A DNA stretch of 64,000 bases from assembly GCA_964016885.1 (NCBI GenBank), contig OZ024740.1, forward strand, positions 238,204,001 to 238,268,000, in the 5' to 3' direction. The notes beneath the pieces are model-generated. The model saw nothing but the letters and a program-made list of their open reading frames with translations. It was not told where the DNA came from and searched no databases. This document shows positions 12,961-26,029 of the stretch, in pieces. This DNA is from Eledone cirrhosa (lineage: Eukaryota). The translations under genes were made by a program, and so were the position numbers. Position 1 is the stretch's first letter, and each line of letters begins with the position of its first letter.

Positions 12961-13464
12961 GGGAAGACAATACTGCTGTACTAGTGTACTGTGATGTGTG
13001 TGAAACTATACTGAGACACCCAATCCTATACTTTGTCACTAAGTTGTATACTGTACACAGTTTCACTCATTGCGCTCTATGCACACATACACCCACCTAC
13101 CCTTACACACACAATTATGTATATATATATGAGACACAGTAAAAAGGGTCCCAGTCCATACTGTAAATGTGATTAGCGTTAGGAAGGGCCTCCAACCATA
13201 GAAAACCTGCCAGAAACATTTCTATACGAGTGAGACACAGTCACCCAACCAATCTTGCTTCAAGTGGGACAAACCCGTCCAACCCATGCTTGTGTGAGGA
13301 AGATGGACGTTAAACGATGATGACGATATGAGTGAAACTGTATACAGTATACAGCTAAGTGACAAAGTGAAAAGATTCACACCCCGACAGCTGAGCTTGG
13401 CCGTTTTGATAGTTAGATCCGTATTCTGGTGGGTTATGGTCCACCTGGTATTACCACACCCTAA

Positions 13465-13519
<55 letters not shown>

Positions 13520-13801
13520 TCATCATCATTCGTCGACTACTGTCGAGATGATGGATCTCACTCTCATGCCCCAGAATTCCCTGTCCCCCATCGCCGCCTC
13601 CAGGTCCTGTCTACTGATTCCCGTATCCCTAGAGATAACGTCAGGGAATGACAGCTTCCTACTCCTAATATATATATCAGTTTGAGCACTTCTTTAAAAC
13701 TGCTGGACTGGCAACCTGACAGATACCTCAGGCACAGAGGATGATGATTATCGCTAAATATTGATGTTGGTTAGATTATCAATATTAGTATTATTGGGGC
13801 A

Positions 13802-13928
13802 CCCACTGATGAATTATAGGAGCCCACTTGAATATATATCTGTTGATGGTATACAAGCTCCTACATAAATTGGTATAACTTCACCCAAATTGTAGGAATC
13901 TTATAATGAAACGAGACGTCCGTCTGGG
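13802..13928 (+). ncRNA. Type I hammerhead ribozyme motif with large stem II insertion
   Basis: CCCA-CTGATGA-ATTATAGGA...TCTTATAAT-GAAA-CG-AGACGTC-CG-TC-TGGG; predicted cleavage after C13924. Confidence 0.7.
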
Positions 13929-14100
13929 AAGAGATATATTAGATATGTCTCATTTGAAATAATACAGCCAATTTTCCACGCAATACTTTTAGTTAGCACC
14001 CCGAACGCTTAATTGGGAATATAATCACTTATTTCCTAATGTTTGTTGAGTGAGTTGGAATTTGGCCGGAGTATCGCTAAAAACTTTCTCCGATATTGTA

Positions 14101-14110
<10 letters not shown>

Positions 14111-14151
<41 letters not shown>

Positions 14152-14304
14152 ATACATACATACATACACATACATACATACATACATACATACACATATA
14201 TACACATATACATATATATACATATATATACACATATATATACATACATATACATACATAAATATACACACATAAAACACATATACACACAAACATATAT
14301 ATAT

Positions 14305-14357
<53 letters not shown>

Positions 14358-15452
14358 TATACATATACACACATACAAACAAATATATACACATACAAGT
14401 AAAAAGGTACTCAATAAATATACGCATATACGCAGGCACATAAAGACACCTCTACAGGCAGAAAATGTAGATACGAAAGAGGTACTCACATAACCATAGT
14501 GGCCGTATTTCAGGTTGAGGAGGGGTAGGGTGGGGAGGAGGTATAGGGGCCAATAGGGGGAGGTCGTTTTTAGCCATCGGGCTTTAACACTGGCTTAAAG
14601 TGTTTGAATGTTGCAAAGTTCTTGTGCATGCAGTTCGGGCAGTGTTCAGAGAGTTTGTTCAGTAGCGGGCCCTTGGCGAATAAAATTTCGTAGCTCTCTG
14701 AAATACAAAGGTCGCAGCCCTTGTGTCCTCCATTGTAAGAGCGCGCTTTCTGGAGTATTTTCCAATTAAGCGTGAAGGGGGTGGAGTTCCTTTTGAGGTC
14801 CCAAACGTAGGAGGCGAGTGTTGTCTCACAAATGACATCGTATACAAATGCGATGTCATCTCAGGCACCGAGGATTGCAAAAAAACTTACATCGGCATGA
14901 CCTCCAACAACTTTAAGACCCGTTGGTATGCCCATACCCACTCCTTCAGAAGACCGGATAAATCAAATCAGACAACACTCGCCTCCTACGTTTGGGACCT
15001 CAAAAGGAACTCCACCCCCTTCACGCTTAATTGGAAAATACTCCAGAAAGCGCGCTCTTACAACGGAGGACACAAGGGCTGCGACCTTTGTATTTCAGAG
15101 AGCTACGAAATTTTATTCGCCAAGGGCCCGCTACTGAACAAACTCTCTGAACACTGCCCGAACTGCATGCACAAGAACTTTGCAACATTCAAACACTTTA
15201 AGCCAGTGTTAAAGCCCGATGGCTAAAAACGACCTCCCCCTATTGGCCCCTATACCTCCTCCCCACCCTACCCCCACCCCTCCTCAACCTGAAATACGGC
15301 CACTATGGTTATGTGAGTACCTCTTTCGTATCTACATTTTCTGCTTGTAGAGCTGTAGAGGTGTCTTTATGTGCCTGCGTATATGCGTATATTTATTGAG
15401 TACCTTTTTACTTGTATGTGTATATATTTGTTTGTATGTGTGTATATGTATA

Positions 15453-15511
<59 letters not shown>

Positions 15512-15703
15512 ATATATATATGTTTGTGTGTATATGTGTTTTATGTGTGTATATTTATGTATGTATATGTATGTATATATATGTGTATATATATGTATAT
15601 ATATGTATATGTGTATATATGTGTATGTATGTATGTATGTATGTATGTATGTGTATGTATGTATGTATGTTTATGTATATGTGTGTGTATGTATATGTAT
15701 GTG

Positions 15704-15752
<49 letters not shown>
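14111..15752. mobile_element. Penelope-like element 3' fragment with long inverted duplication (arms about 14111-14826 and 14970-15752)
   Basis: Left arm is the near-perfect reverse complement of the right arm, including microsatellite; 143-bp unique spacer; (TA)n at both ends. Confidence 0.9.
14817..15226 (+). pseudogene. GIY-YIG endonuclease domain of Penelope-like element (5'-truncated)
   Basis: IVYKCDVISGTEDCKKTYIGMT...FKTRWYAH...CDLCISE...LLNKLSEHCPNCMH; the first ~30 aa of ORF 14723 are antisense read-through of the inverted arm. Confidence 0.85.
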
Positions 15753-15756
<4 letters not shown>

Positions 15757-17226
15757 GATAACTAAATATCGTTATAGGTAATCCAGTTAGAGGTTGTGAA
15801 TACTTCTTATTATGGATAGTTTTAGCGTACGCCGTTGTTTGACTCAACAAGAGGTTTTCGTAGATGACGAGTTTATGATTTCAGTTGTATTCCTATGTAA
15901 GTTTATCTTGGAGTAATAAAATTGAAAAAGTGGAGAATAACATGGTCAACAGTACAAAAAAGGGGATTTATTTACAGTCTAACAATTGTTTCTCTGATAA
16001 AGTTGTCTAAAAATTGCTGAACACTAGAAGCAGTATCACTCAACTTCAAATATGATGCTAGCTTGATCAGATCTTCAGAAACTGTTACAAAAAATATATA
16101 TAACTGGCAAATTTACAAATTTAAATTACATCATCAATAATAATATTAATAATAGAGATAGAGAGAGAGAAAAAAGAAAGAAAGGGAGATAGATACAGGA
16201 AAGAAAGTAAAAGGAAAAAGAAAAAAGAAAAAAAAAGAAAAAGAAAAAGAGAAAGAAGAAGAAAAATGAGAAATGAATACAGAGAAAAATATAGAGAGAA
16301 GAAAATATATGGAGAAATGATGGTAGAAAGAGGAGAGACAAGCATAAGGAGAAATAACGTAGGATAGAAAGAAAAATAGAGGGAAAAATAATGATATCAG
16401 CAATAAATGAATAAACGTTAATACATGAATAAATGTAAATAAAAAAATAAATAAATATATAAAAATAAATAAATAAATAAATTACATCTAATGTGATATA
16501 AAATGGTACAAAATGTGAAAAATGAAAAATGAAAATATGAAAATAAATAAGTAAAAAAGTAAAAATGTGCGAAAAATATTTAAACATATTAAGATTATTG
16601 AGTGTGGTTTTTGAGAATTGTTAAAATATAAGGAGAGATACGAAGGTATAAATATGATAATGTTAAATATATTTATGTGTGTATTAGTCATTTTAATAAA
16701 TAAATTAATTAATTAGTTGTAAGTTATATTATATGATAAAATAAAATGCCATAAATGAAATAATTTTAGGGAGAGAAATATAAAGATAGAGAGTGAAAGA
16801 TAGAGATATATAAAATAAGAAGGTAAATATAAGAGGTTTTGATGTTGTTCATTGATAGATGATGACAATTATAATCATAATGATGATGGTGATGATAATG
16901 TGATATTATATTAGATCTAAGTGGTACAATTTGGGTTATGGAATAGATAAGATGGAATTAAGCTGGTCTAAAGTTCTCAAATTTGGTCGCCGATTTATGC
17001 CGACAGAAAATAGTTCTTTCAATTTTATTGTTAAGAAGCATTTTGTTGTAATTTAAAATTTGGAAAAGTTCCATATTACAGAGACCGCAGTGGGACATAT
17101 CAATTTGATAGGCCGTTGCTTTTGATAGCTTCGTCCAGCTGATTTTATATTCCATGTTTGCACCCTTGAGTTGCCAGATTTTATTGGCGAGAGTCGTTGT
17201 ATTTAAAAGGTTCCTGTTAATCATAG
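15753..17226 (-). mobile_element. Penelope-like element 3' end (GIY-YIG C-terminus + long pyrimidine-rich 3' UTR with HHR)
   Basis: ORF 16958-17224 TTLANKIWQLK...ISWTKL...CGLCNME...LLNNKIE...CRHK, homologous to the 14817 domain; (TA)n boundaries. Confidence 0.8.
15974..16085 (-). ncRNA. Type I hammerhead ribozyme motif, extended stem II, palindromic loop III
   Basis: Minus strand ACAGTTT-CTGAAGA-TCTGAT...ATCAGA-GAAAC-AATT-GTT-AGACTGT; 7-bp stem I. Confidence 0.8.
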
Positions 17227-17244
17227 AGTGTTATATATATATAT

Positions 17245-19567
17245 TGCAATAAGGGAAGCAGAGGAAAGAAAGTTCAAGCATGTTCTGCAACGTGAGAACC
17301 AAAAACGTGAGGTGTTCAGGATTGCTAGGCAATGTGTCAAGGAAAACCGTGATATTGTCGGGGAGAAGTGTGTCCGTAATGATGCTGGTGTACTTGCCAT
17401 CACTAATGCTGATAAGAGGGTAGCTTGGAAGTGTCACTACGAGAGACTTCTAAATGAGGAGAATAAATGGGGAAAAAGATAGTTTGCCCCACATCGATCC
17501 AATAGAGGGACCAGCAGTGCTAGTTGAAGGTAGTATAATAAGTAAGGCTATCAAAGATATGAAGACGGGCAAGGCAGCTGGGCCTTTCGAGATAGTTGCT
17601 GAAATGCTGAAAGCATCTGGAATGGTGAGACACACTATGGTCACCCGGATAGTAAACCAAGTCATACAGAATGGGGTCGTTCCGAAGGACTGGCGTAGCA
17701 GCATCATCATTAACTGCTACAAGGGTAAAGGAGATGCCCTAGATATGGGAAACTATAGAGGCATTAAATTAATTAACCAGGTCATGAAGGTCACAGAAAA
17801 AGTAATAGTGCAACTAATCAGAGAGCGAATTGATCTAGATGAAAGGCAGTTTGGGTTTGTGTCAGGTAAAAGTACCACAGACGCCCTTTTCCTTGTACGA
17901 CAACTACAGGAGAAGTACCTAGCTAAAGGTAAACCCCTATACTTAGCTTTTGTCGACCTGTATAAAGCATTTGACAGAGTCCCCCGCACCATTATCTGGT
18001 GGGCCCTTTGAAAACTAGGTGTTGACGAATGGCTTGTGAGAGCTATACAAGCCATGTATAAAGAAACAGTCAGCAAGGTTAGAATTAACAACGAATATAG
18101 TGAAGAGTTTAGTGTAAAAGTTGGTGTTCATCAGGGCTCTGTTCTTAGCCCCCTACTATTTATTATTGCCCTCCAGGCTATAACAGAGGAGTTCAAGACC
18201 GGCTGCCCATGGGAACTTCTATATGCCGATGATCTAACGCTCATAGCTGAATCGATGGCTGAACTAGAGAAGAAATTCCAAACATGGAAGCATGGCCTAG
18301 ATTCGAAAGGCCTTAAATTTAACTTGTCTAAGACTAAAGTTCTAGTATGTAGGAAGGAAAATAGGGCACAGGTCCCCTCTGAGAAATGGCCATGCTCAGT
18401 GTGTAGGAAAGGAATAGGCAGAAATTCCATTTTATGTCCCAAATGCAAAGTATGGGTGCATAAAAGATGTAGTAGGATCAAAAGTAAGCTATTTAAGAAC
18501 GTAGATTTTATATGTGGCCGGTGCTCAGGTGCAATAAGTAGCAAGTGCCCACAGGATACTAGCTCCTTCTATTGCCCAGATGGCTCTATAGAAATAGTAG
18601 ACACCTTCTGTTACCTGGGTGACAAAATCAGCAGTGGTGGAGGGTGCTCTGAAAGCACAGTAGCCAGAGTCAGAACGGGATGGAAAAAGTTCAGAGAGCT
18701 TATACCACTATTGGCCGCTAAAGGTTTCTCTCTAAAAATGAAAGGCAGACTGTATGATGCCTACATACGAACAACAATGGTACATGGCAGTGAGACATGG
18801 GCAGTGTGTGCAGAGGATCTGCGCAGACTGGAGAGGAACGAAGCATGCATGCTCCGTTGGAAGTGTAATAGTAATATACGTGAACAGCAAAGCATAAATG
18901 AACTAAGTGAGAAATTAGGAATAAGAGGGATCAGATGGTGTTTACTCGAGATAAGTCTACGATGGTATGGTCACGTGATGCACATGAAAGACAACAGTTG
19001 TATAAAAAAGTGCAGGGCAATCAAAATTGATGGAAGTTACGGAGTAGGCAGACCCAGAAAAACCTGGGACAATTTGATAAATTCCGACCTCACACACTTT
19101 CACCTCTCTAAGACAATGTCACTGGACCGAGATCTTTGGCGCTACGCAGTAATACAGAAGACCCGCCTTGCCTAAGTACAAAGCGAAACCTACAGTCAGT
19201 AGGCACCTCTTAATCAAATATACACCCCCGTCCCACTACCTCAACTCCACCACCCCCACCCCCATCAACACCACCCCTTTCTCTGTAAAGTTATGTTGGT
19301 ACCACAATATCCAGTCCTAAATAAATGAGGTCGTGTAGGTGTCACGACAAAAGAACACACAGTCCACGCTGTAATGTGGCCGTGTAGGTAACACGGTAAA
19401 AACCTCCCAGCCCACACCGTAAACGTGGTTGGTCTTAGGAAGGGCATCCAGCCGTAGAAAACCTGCCAGACAGTCCTATACGAGCGAGACGACCTATCTT
19501 GCCTCAAGTGAGACAATTCCTGTCTAAACCCATGCTAGTGTGGAAGATAGACGTTAAACGATGATGA
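17245..19567 (+). mobile_element. 5'-truncated RTE LINE: reverse transcriptase plus PHD-like zinc finger, premature stop at 18009-18011
   Basis: NYRGIKL, QFGF, FVDLYKAFDRVP, HQGSVLSPLLF, LYADD, CSVC...CPKCKVWVHKRC...CGRC, GRPRKTW; (GAT)n tail. Confidence 0.92.
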
Positions 19568-19587
19568 TATGTATACATATATATATA

Positions 19588-19689
<102 letters not shown>

Positions 19690-20831
19690 ATAGATTTGTA
19701 TAATTACATAATTAAAATTAATTATGTAATTACATTAACCTGACTTAACATTTATTTGTATAACGATATTCCAGCATGTTATATGCAAAACCATATCACT
19801 GTTGGATACATACAACCATCCAAGAGTTCTTATTTCTGCTTACACCAAAGTTTGTGGATTGGGGTGGTGCACAATTGTGAGGTTGTGAGTTCGATGTGTT
19901 ATGCCCTTGAGCAAAAAACTTTATTTCATGTTGCTCCTTCTGCCAGGAGTTTCAACCAGTAGATAGTATTAGTAACTGGAAATACCAATAAAACATTGTT
20001 TTCTTGGTTCAATCTAATGACTTCCATGTCATTAGGTAAGCGAATGGGGTCTGGGATCTTGTCGATTCAGATCCATATAACATAATAATAATGATTTCTT
20101 TATTATTTATTTATTATTTATTTATTAATAATAATATATATATCATCATCATCATTATCATCATTATTTAATGTATGCTTTCCCTGCTGGTAAGGATGGT
20201 CTACAGTAAAGGTTCTCAACGGAGGGGGGGGGGGGCATATGGTCCCCTCCCCCGGGTGTTTCGTAGCTCCAGGGGGGGGGCGTTGTGCAGTAAGGGGGCG
20301 TTTGAAACTTTGAGGGAGCTAGAAGCCCCTTTAGTTTGGTAATTTTATAAGTCATATTTGTACGTCTCTTAGACAGTCAGTGATTTTGAATGAAGAAAAT
20401 AAAGAAAATAAATTAAAGAAGCTTGTCAACGAATTCCCTAGGGAGATAAAAGAAAATCAAAAGAAATCAAAGAGAATGAAAGTAAGGACTACTTCAACAG
20501 AAATGACAAGAAGAAGCAATGGTGGTGAACATACACACACATGCATACATACACATACACATATATACACATACATACATACACACACACAGGCTGGCGT
20601 TAGTGTTTGATGAAGTTGAGAACCCGGTCAACTTTCAGCCAGAAGTGTGGTATTTAATCTCCCAAGGTAATAAAATCTGGCGACAAGAATGTTCTCCTTA
20701 CCAAAAAAAGAAGACATAGATCATATCAACATCCTTACACACTTAAATATAAATGCATGTATATATACAAATGTATAAATGCATATCTATATACATACGT
20801 AAATGTATGTATATATGTATGTATGTAGATT

Positions 20832-22166
<1,335 letters not shown>

Positions 22167-22181
22167 CTACATACATACATA

Positions 22182-22221
<40 letters not shown>

Positions 22222-22268
22222 CAAAGTTTAAAATAAATTTTTAAAAATTCACTCTACTCACTATGGTT

Positions 22269-22355
22269 ACCTTTACCGAATCGGTTTCGAGTCTCAAAAA
22301 TAAATGGACAGTCCTTGCGGCCTTCCATTGAAAAGATAAACTCTCGTCAGAAGGT
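22269..22355 (-). ncRNA. Type I hammerhead ribozyme motif with full stem III
   Basis: Minus ACCTT-CTGACGA-GAGTT...GACTC-GAAA-CCG-ATT-CGG-TA-AAGGT; second copy at 42181-42267. Confidence 0.8.
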
Positions 22356-22901
22356 TCTTTTCACTTGGGGAATATAAAATTCCCGAGTTCAAATTACGAA
22401 CTGGTGCTATTCAAAATTGTTCCCTAGATGAGAATGAATGATGTGGAAGCAATTCTGTCCAGTGCCGTGTGTAAAGATAGAAGCAGAGGCAGGGAGGTCA
22501 GTCTACTACCACTATAAATAGCAGCAGTCAGAACGACCAAATTTTATCTCGACCAAGAAGAGAATAATAATAATAAAGTATATATCCCTACACGCAAAAA
22601 GCGTCTAGGGACACATGTATTGTCCAACCATATGCCAATGTGGTTCAATGGCAGGTTAATAAATTAACGAGCCATATATATGTATATATATACATATAAA
22701 TCTACATACATACATATATATATATAAATCTACATACATACATATATACATACATACATTTACGTATGTATATAGCTATGCATTTATACATTTGTATATA
22801 TATACATGCATTTATATTTAAGTGTGTAAGGTTATATATATATATATATATGTGTGTGTGTATAATATATATATTATACACACACACACACACACACACA
22901 T

Positions 22902-22978
<77 letters not shown>

Positions 22979-23167
22979 GTGTTAAACAATATTCAATGAG
23001 TATGTCAAAGAATGAGTTTTACAGTAGATTGGAAGCACTCTACGTATAAATTATTTTCCGGAGTTATTATTATTAAAATACAAATATTAATAAAATAGAT
23101 GTTCTTTTGATCTACCTTGATTAAATCTTAACCATTTAACATCTCAGGGTATGTCATGTATCATTAT

Positions 23168-23220
23168 ATTTTGTCTGATGAGGACGTACTGTTGTACATC
23201 CGAAATATGTATAATAAAAT
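23168..23220 (+). ncRNA. Minimal type I hammerhead motif
   Basis: ATTTTGT-CTGATGA-GGACGTAC-TGTT-GTACATCC-GAAA-TATGTA-TA-ATAAAAT. Confidence 0.8.
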
Positions 23221-23559
23221 GTAATTGATCAAAAGAACATCTATTTTATTAATATATATATATATATAAATGCAGTGTGACAAGAAGCTTGTTTCCCAAC
23301 CACATATTTCCGGGTTCAGTCCCACTGCCCGAGCCGACCAAAGCCCTGCGAGTGGATTTGATAGATCGAAACTAAAAGAAGCCCGTCGTATATATGTATA
23401 TATGTCTGTGTATGTCTTTGCGTTTGTGTTTGCCCTCCCACCAATGCTTGTTGGTTTGTTGACGTCCCCTAACTTACCAAGGTGATGCGCCAGCATGGGC
23501 GTAGTCCAGAGACAGAAAAAAAGTAAAATATATATGTGTGTCTGTGTGTGTGTGTAGAA

Positions 23560-23964
23560 GAGGGGTCTCAAACTCAAGGACACAAAAGGGCTATTACGTC
23601 CTGGAGGAGAGGCACAGTGGGCCAAACGTGGTGGTGGGTGAAAATTTTCACCAGTTATAATCATTTCTACTGTAGGAACAAGGCATGAAATTTGGGGTTT
23701 AGGGTTCAGTCGATTGCATCGATCCTAGTACACAACTGGTACTTAATTCATCGACCCCAAAAGGATGTAAGGCAAAGTTGAGATCGGCAGAATTTGAACT
23801 CAGAACGTAAAAACGGAAGAAGTACCGTTAAGCATTTCGCCAGATGTGCTAACGATTCCACCAGCTCGCCGCCTTATTTTCACCAGTTATAATGCGATAT
23901 GAAATATTGGTTCTACCACGGGCCACAGATAAGTAGTTCGCGGGCCGCATGTGTGAGCCCCCTG
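23560..23964. mobile_element. Degenerate hAT-type MITE interrupted by a SINE
   Basis: GAGGGGTCTCAAAC / GTGTGAGCCCCCTG ends with GGGCC motifs; SINE at about 23662-23877 flanked by duplicated ATTTTCACCAGTTATAAT. Confidence 0.6.
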
Positions 23965-24055
23965 TTGGAGATAAATAGATAGATATATAGATAGATAGAC
24001 GTGTACCAAACACACACATTTCTTACTCTCTCTGTCCCTCCCTCTTTCTCTCTTC

Positions 24056-24092
<37 letters not shown>

Positions 24093-24377
24093 CAAATAAC
24101 GAAACGAAATTAAATTTCGTTTCGCTTCTAACTCACTTTTGTATGACTGACGCTTAAACAATTAAGTTAAAGTGTACATCTACATATGTATACGGAAGTA
24201 TTAGTATGCATATAAATACACACATGTATACATATGTACATGTACTCAGCTTTTCACTAGACACTTTACAGTGAGTGTCAGCTAGTCTGTATGTAACCAC
24301 ACAGACGGACCGGGTTTTAGAGTCATACGGGTTTTCAAGGAAACACATTTCCTCTATTCTCCAGAGGGCCAGACAGG

Positions 24378-24422
24378 AATATTGGACTAGTTTCGATGTT
24401 ATTACATCTCATCAGCAATATT
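24378..24422 (-). ncRNA. Minimal type I hammerhead ribozyme (intact core)
   Basis: AATATTG-CTGATGA-GATGT-AATA-ACATC-GAAA-CTAG-TC-CAATATT on minus strand. Confidence 0.88.
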
Positions 24423-24519
24423 TACCCATCTTCCGGCTTCTCTGGAGAATTGTAAAAGCACATATCGTTATATGCTTTTTCTATGAAAATTAGAGTAAAT
24501 ATTGGGTAAATATTGGGTA

Positions 24520-24564
24520 AATATTGCTGATAAGATGTAATAACATCGAAACTAGTCCAATATT
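24520..24564 (+). ncRNA. Hammerhead copy with core mutation (CTGATAA, G8A)
   Basis: Identical to the other two copies except for G8. Confidence 0.8.
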
Positions 24565-24988
24565 CCTGTCTGGCCCTCTGGAGAATAGAGGAAATGTGTT
24601 TCCTTGAAAACCCGTATGACTCTAAAACCCGGTCCGTCTGTGTGGTTACATACAGACTAGCTGACACTCACTGTAAAGTGTCTAGTGAAAAGCTGAGTAC
24701 ATGTACATATGTATACATGTGTGTATTTATATGCATACTAATACTTCCGTATACATATGTAGATGTACACTTTAACTTAATTGTTTAAGCGTCAGTCATA
24801 CAAAAGTGAGTTAGAAGCGAAACGAAATTTAATTTCGTTTCGTTATTTGTTTTTATCGTTTCCGCTGAACCGGTGCGTATAATGACTCACGTTCTATGCA
24901 AATTAGTCTACCCACTACTAATTTTCATAGAAAAAGCATATAACGATATGTGCTTTTACAATTCTCCAGAGAAGCCGGAAGATGGGTA

Positions 24989-25033
24989 AATATTGCTGAT
25001 GAGATGTAATAACATCGAAACTAGTCCAATATT
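24989..25033 (+). ncRNA. Minimal type I hammerhead ribozyme (intact core)
   Basis: Same motif; cleavage predicted after C25026; stem I extended by ATTCTCCAGAG/CTCTGGAGAAT. Confidence 0.88.
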
Positions 25034-25252
25034 CCTGTCTGGCCCTCTGGAGAATAGAGGAAATGTGTTTCCTTGAAAACCCGTATGACTCTAAAACCCG
25101 GTCCGTCTGTGTGGTTACATACAGACTAGCTGACACTCACTGTAAAGTGCGTAGTGAAAAGCTGAGTACATGTACATATGTATACATGTGTGTATTTATA
25201 TGCATACTAATACTTCCGTATACATATGTAGATGTACACTTTAACTTAATTG

Positions 25253-25317
<65 letters not shown>

Positions 25318-25448
25318 GAGCATTGTTATTTGGCGTTGTTGAAAAGAGCAGTGGCCTTTGACCTGGCAATAAAAAACTGTAGACAAAATTCTTTCTGTAC
25401 CCAAACCAAGGCACACACACACACAAGTTTGTGTGTGTGTATGTATAT

Positions 25449-25550
<102 letters not shown>

Positions 25551-26029
25551 CTATGTGTGTTTGTGTGTGTGTGCGTCTATGTGTGTTTGTGTGTGTCTGT
25601 GTATCTATCTATGTATATACATATAAGGGATACAAATACTACTTTCTCACTGTCACCAAACTTCTCAATTCATTCGTTGCTAAGTATTTTATTTTGCTAC
25701 GAGGTATTTTATTTTGCAAGGTACTATTTTTCCCCTGAGTTTGTGATTTCAGAGAAAGGTAAGAAATTCTTCATATTTTACATCTTTTGTATTTTGACTT
25801 TACAGTTTGAATTGTAGAATTGTTTATCCAATCAAAATATTACAACAGCTAACAGTGAAATATAGAATTTAAAAAAAGCTTTTTCGACTGAAATCAAGTC
25901 TTTGAGAACATTCACGTCTATTTTTCAAAAATATATAATTTGCTTTTGTTTTGGACTGAAACTTTTTTTGTATTTAATTCGCACGGGTATTTTTTAAAGA
26001 TCTTTTTAAAGATTCTAACATAACTTGAT

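Larger units (their letters stand above)
24088..25254 (+). mobile_element. Retrozyme-like non-coding element: inverted partial unit + about 1.6 tandem 469-bp units
   Basis: 24088-24493 is the reverse complement of the unit; 24514-24785 repeats at 24983-25254 (period 469); each copy carries an HHR; (TA)n at both flanks. Confidence 0.85.

Noticed and set aside
12662-15765. Many 60-190 aa ORFs rich in YI/CV/TH (also near 19561, 22702, 25431, 51775, 60051)
   Set aside because: Translations of (TA)n, (TG)n and (TATG)n microsatellites
14817-17224. Selenocysteine recoding in the PLE fragments
   Set aside because: No in-frame TGA in the GIY-YIG fragments and no SECIS that I could recognise
24154-25136. 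Repeated 64-81 aa ORFs (MCFLENPYDS..., MSASLYVTT...)
   Set aside because: Produced by the repeat structure; no motif; the 469-nt unit is not a multiple of three
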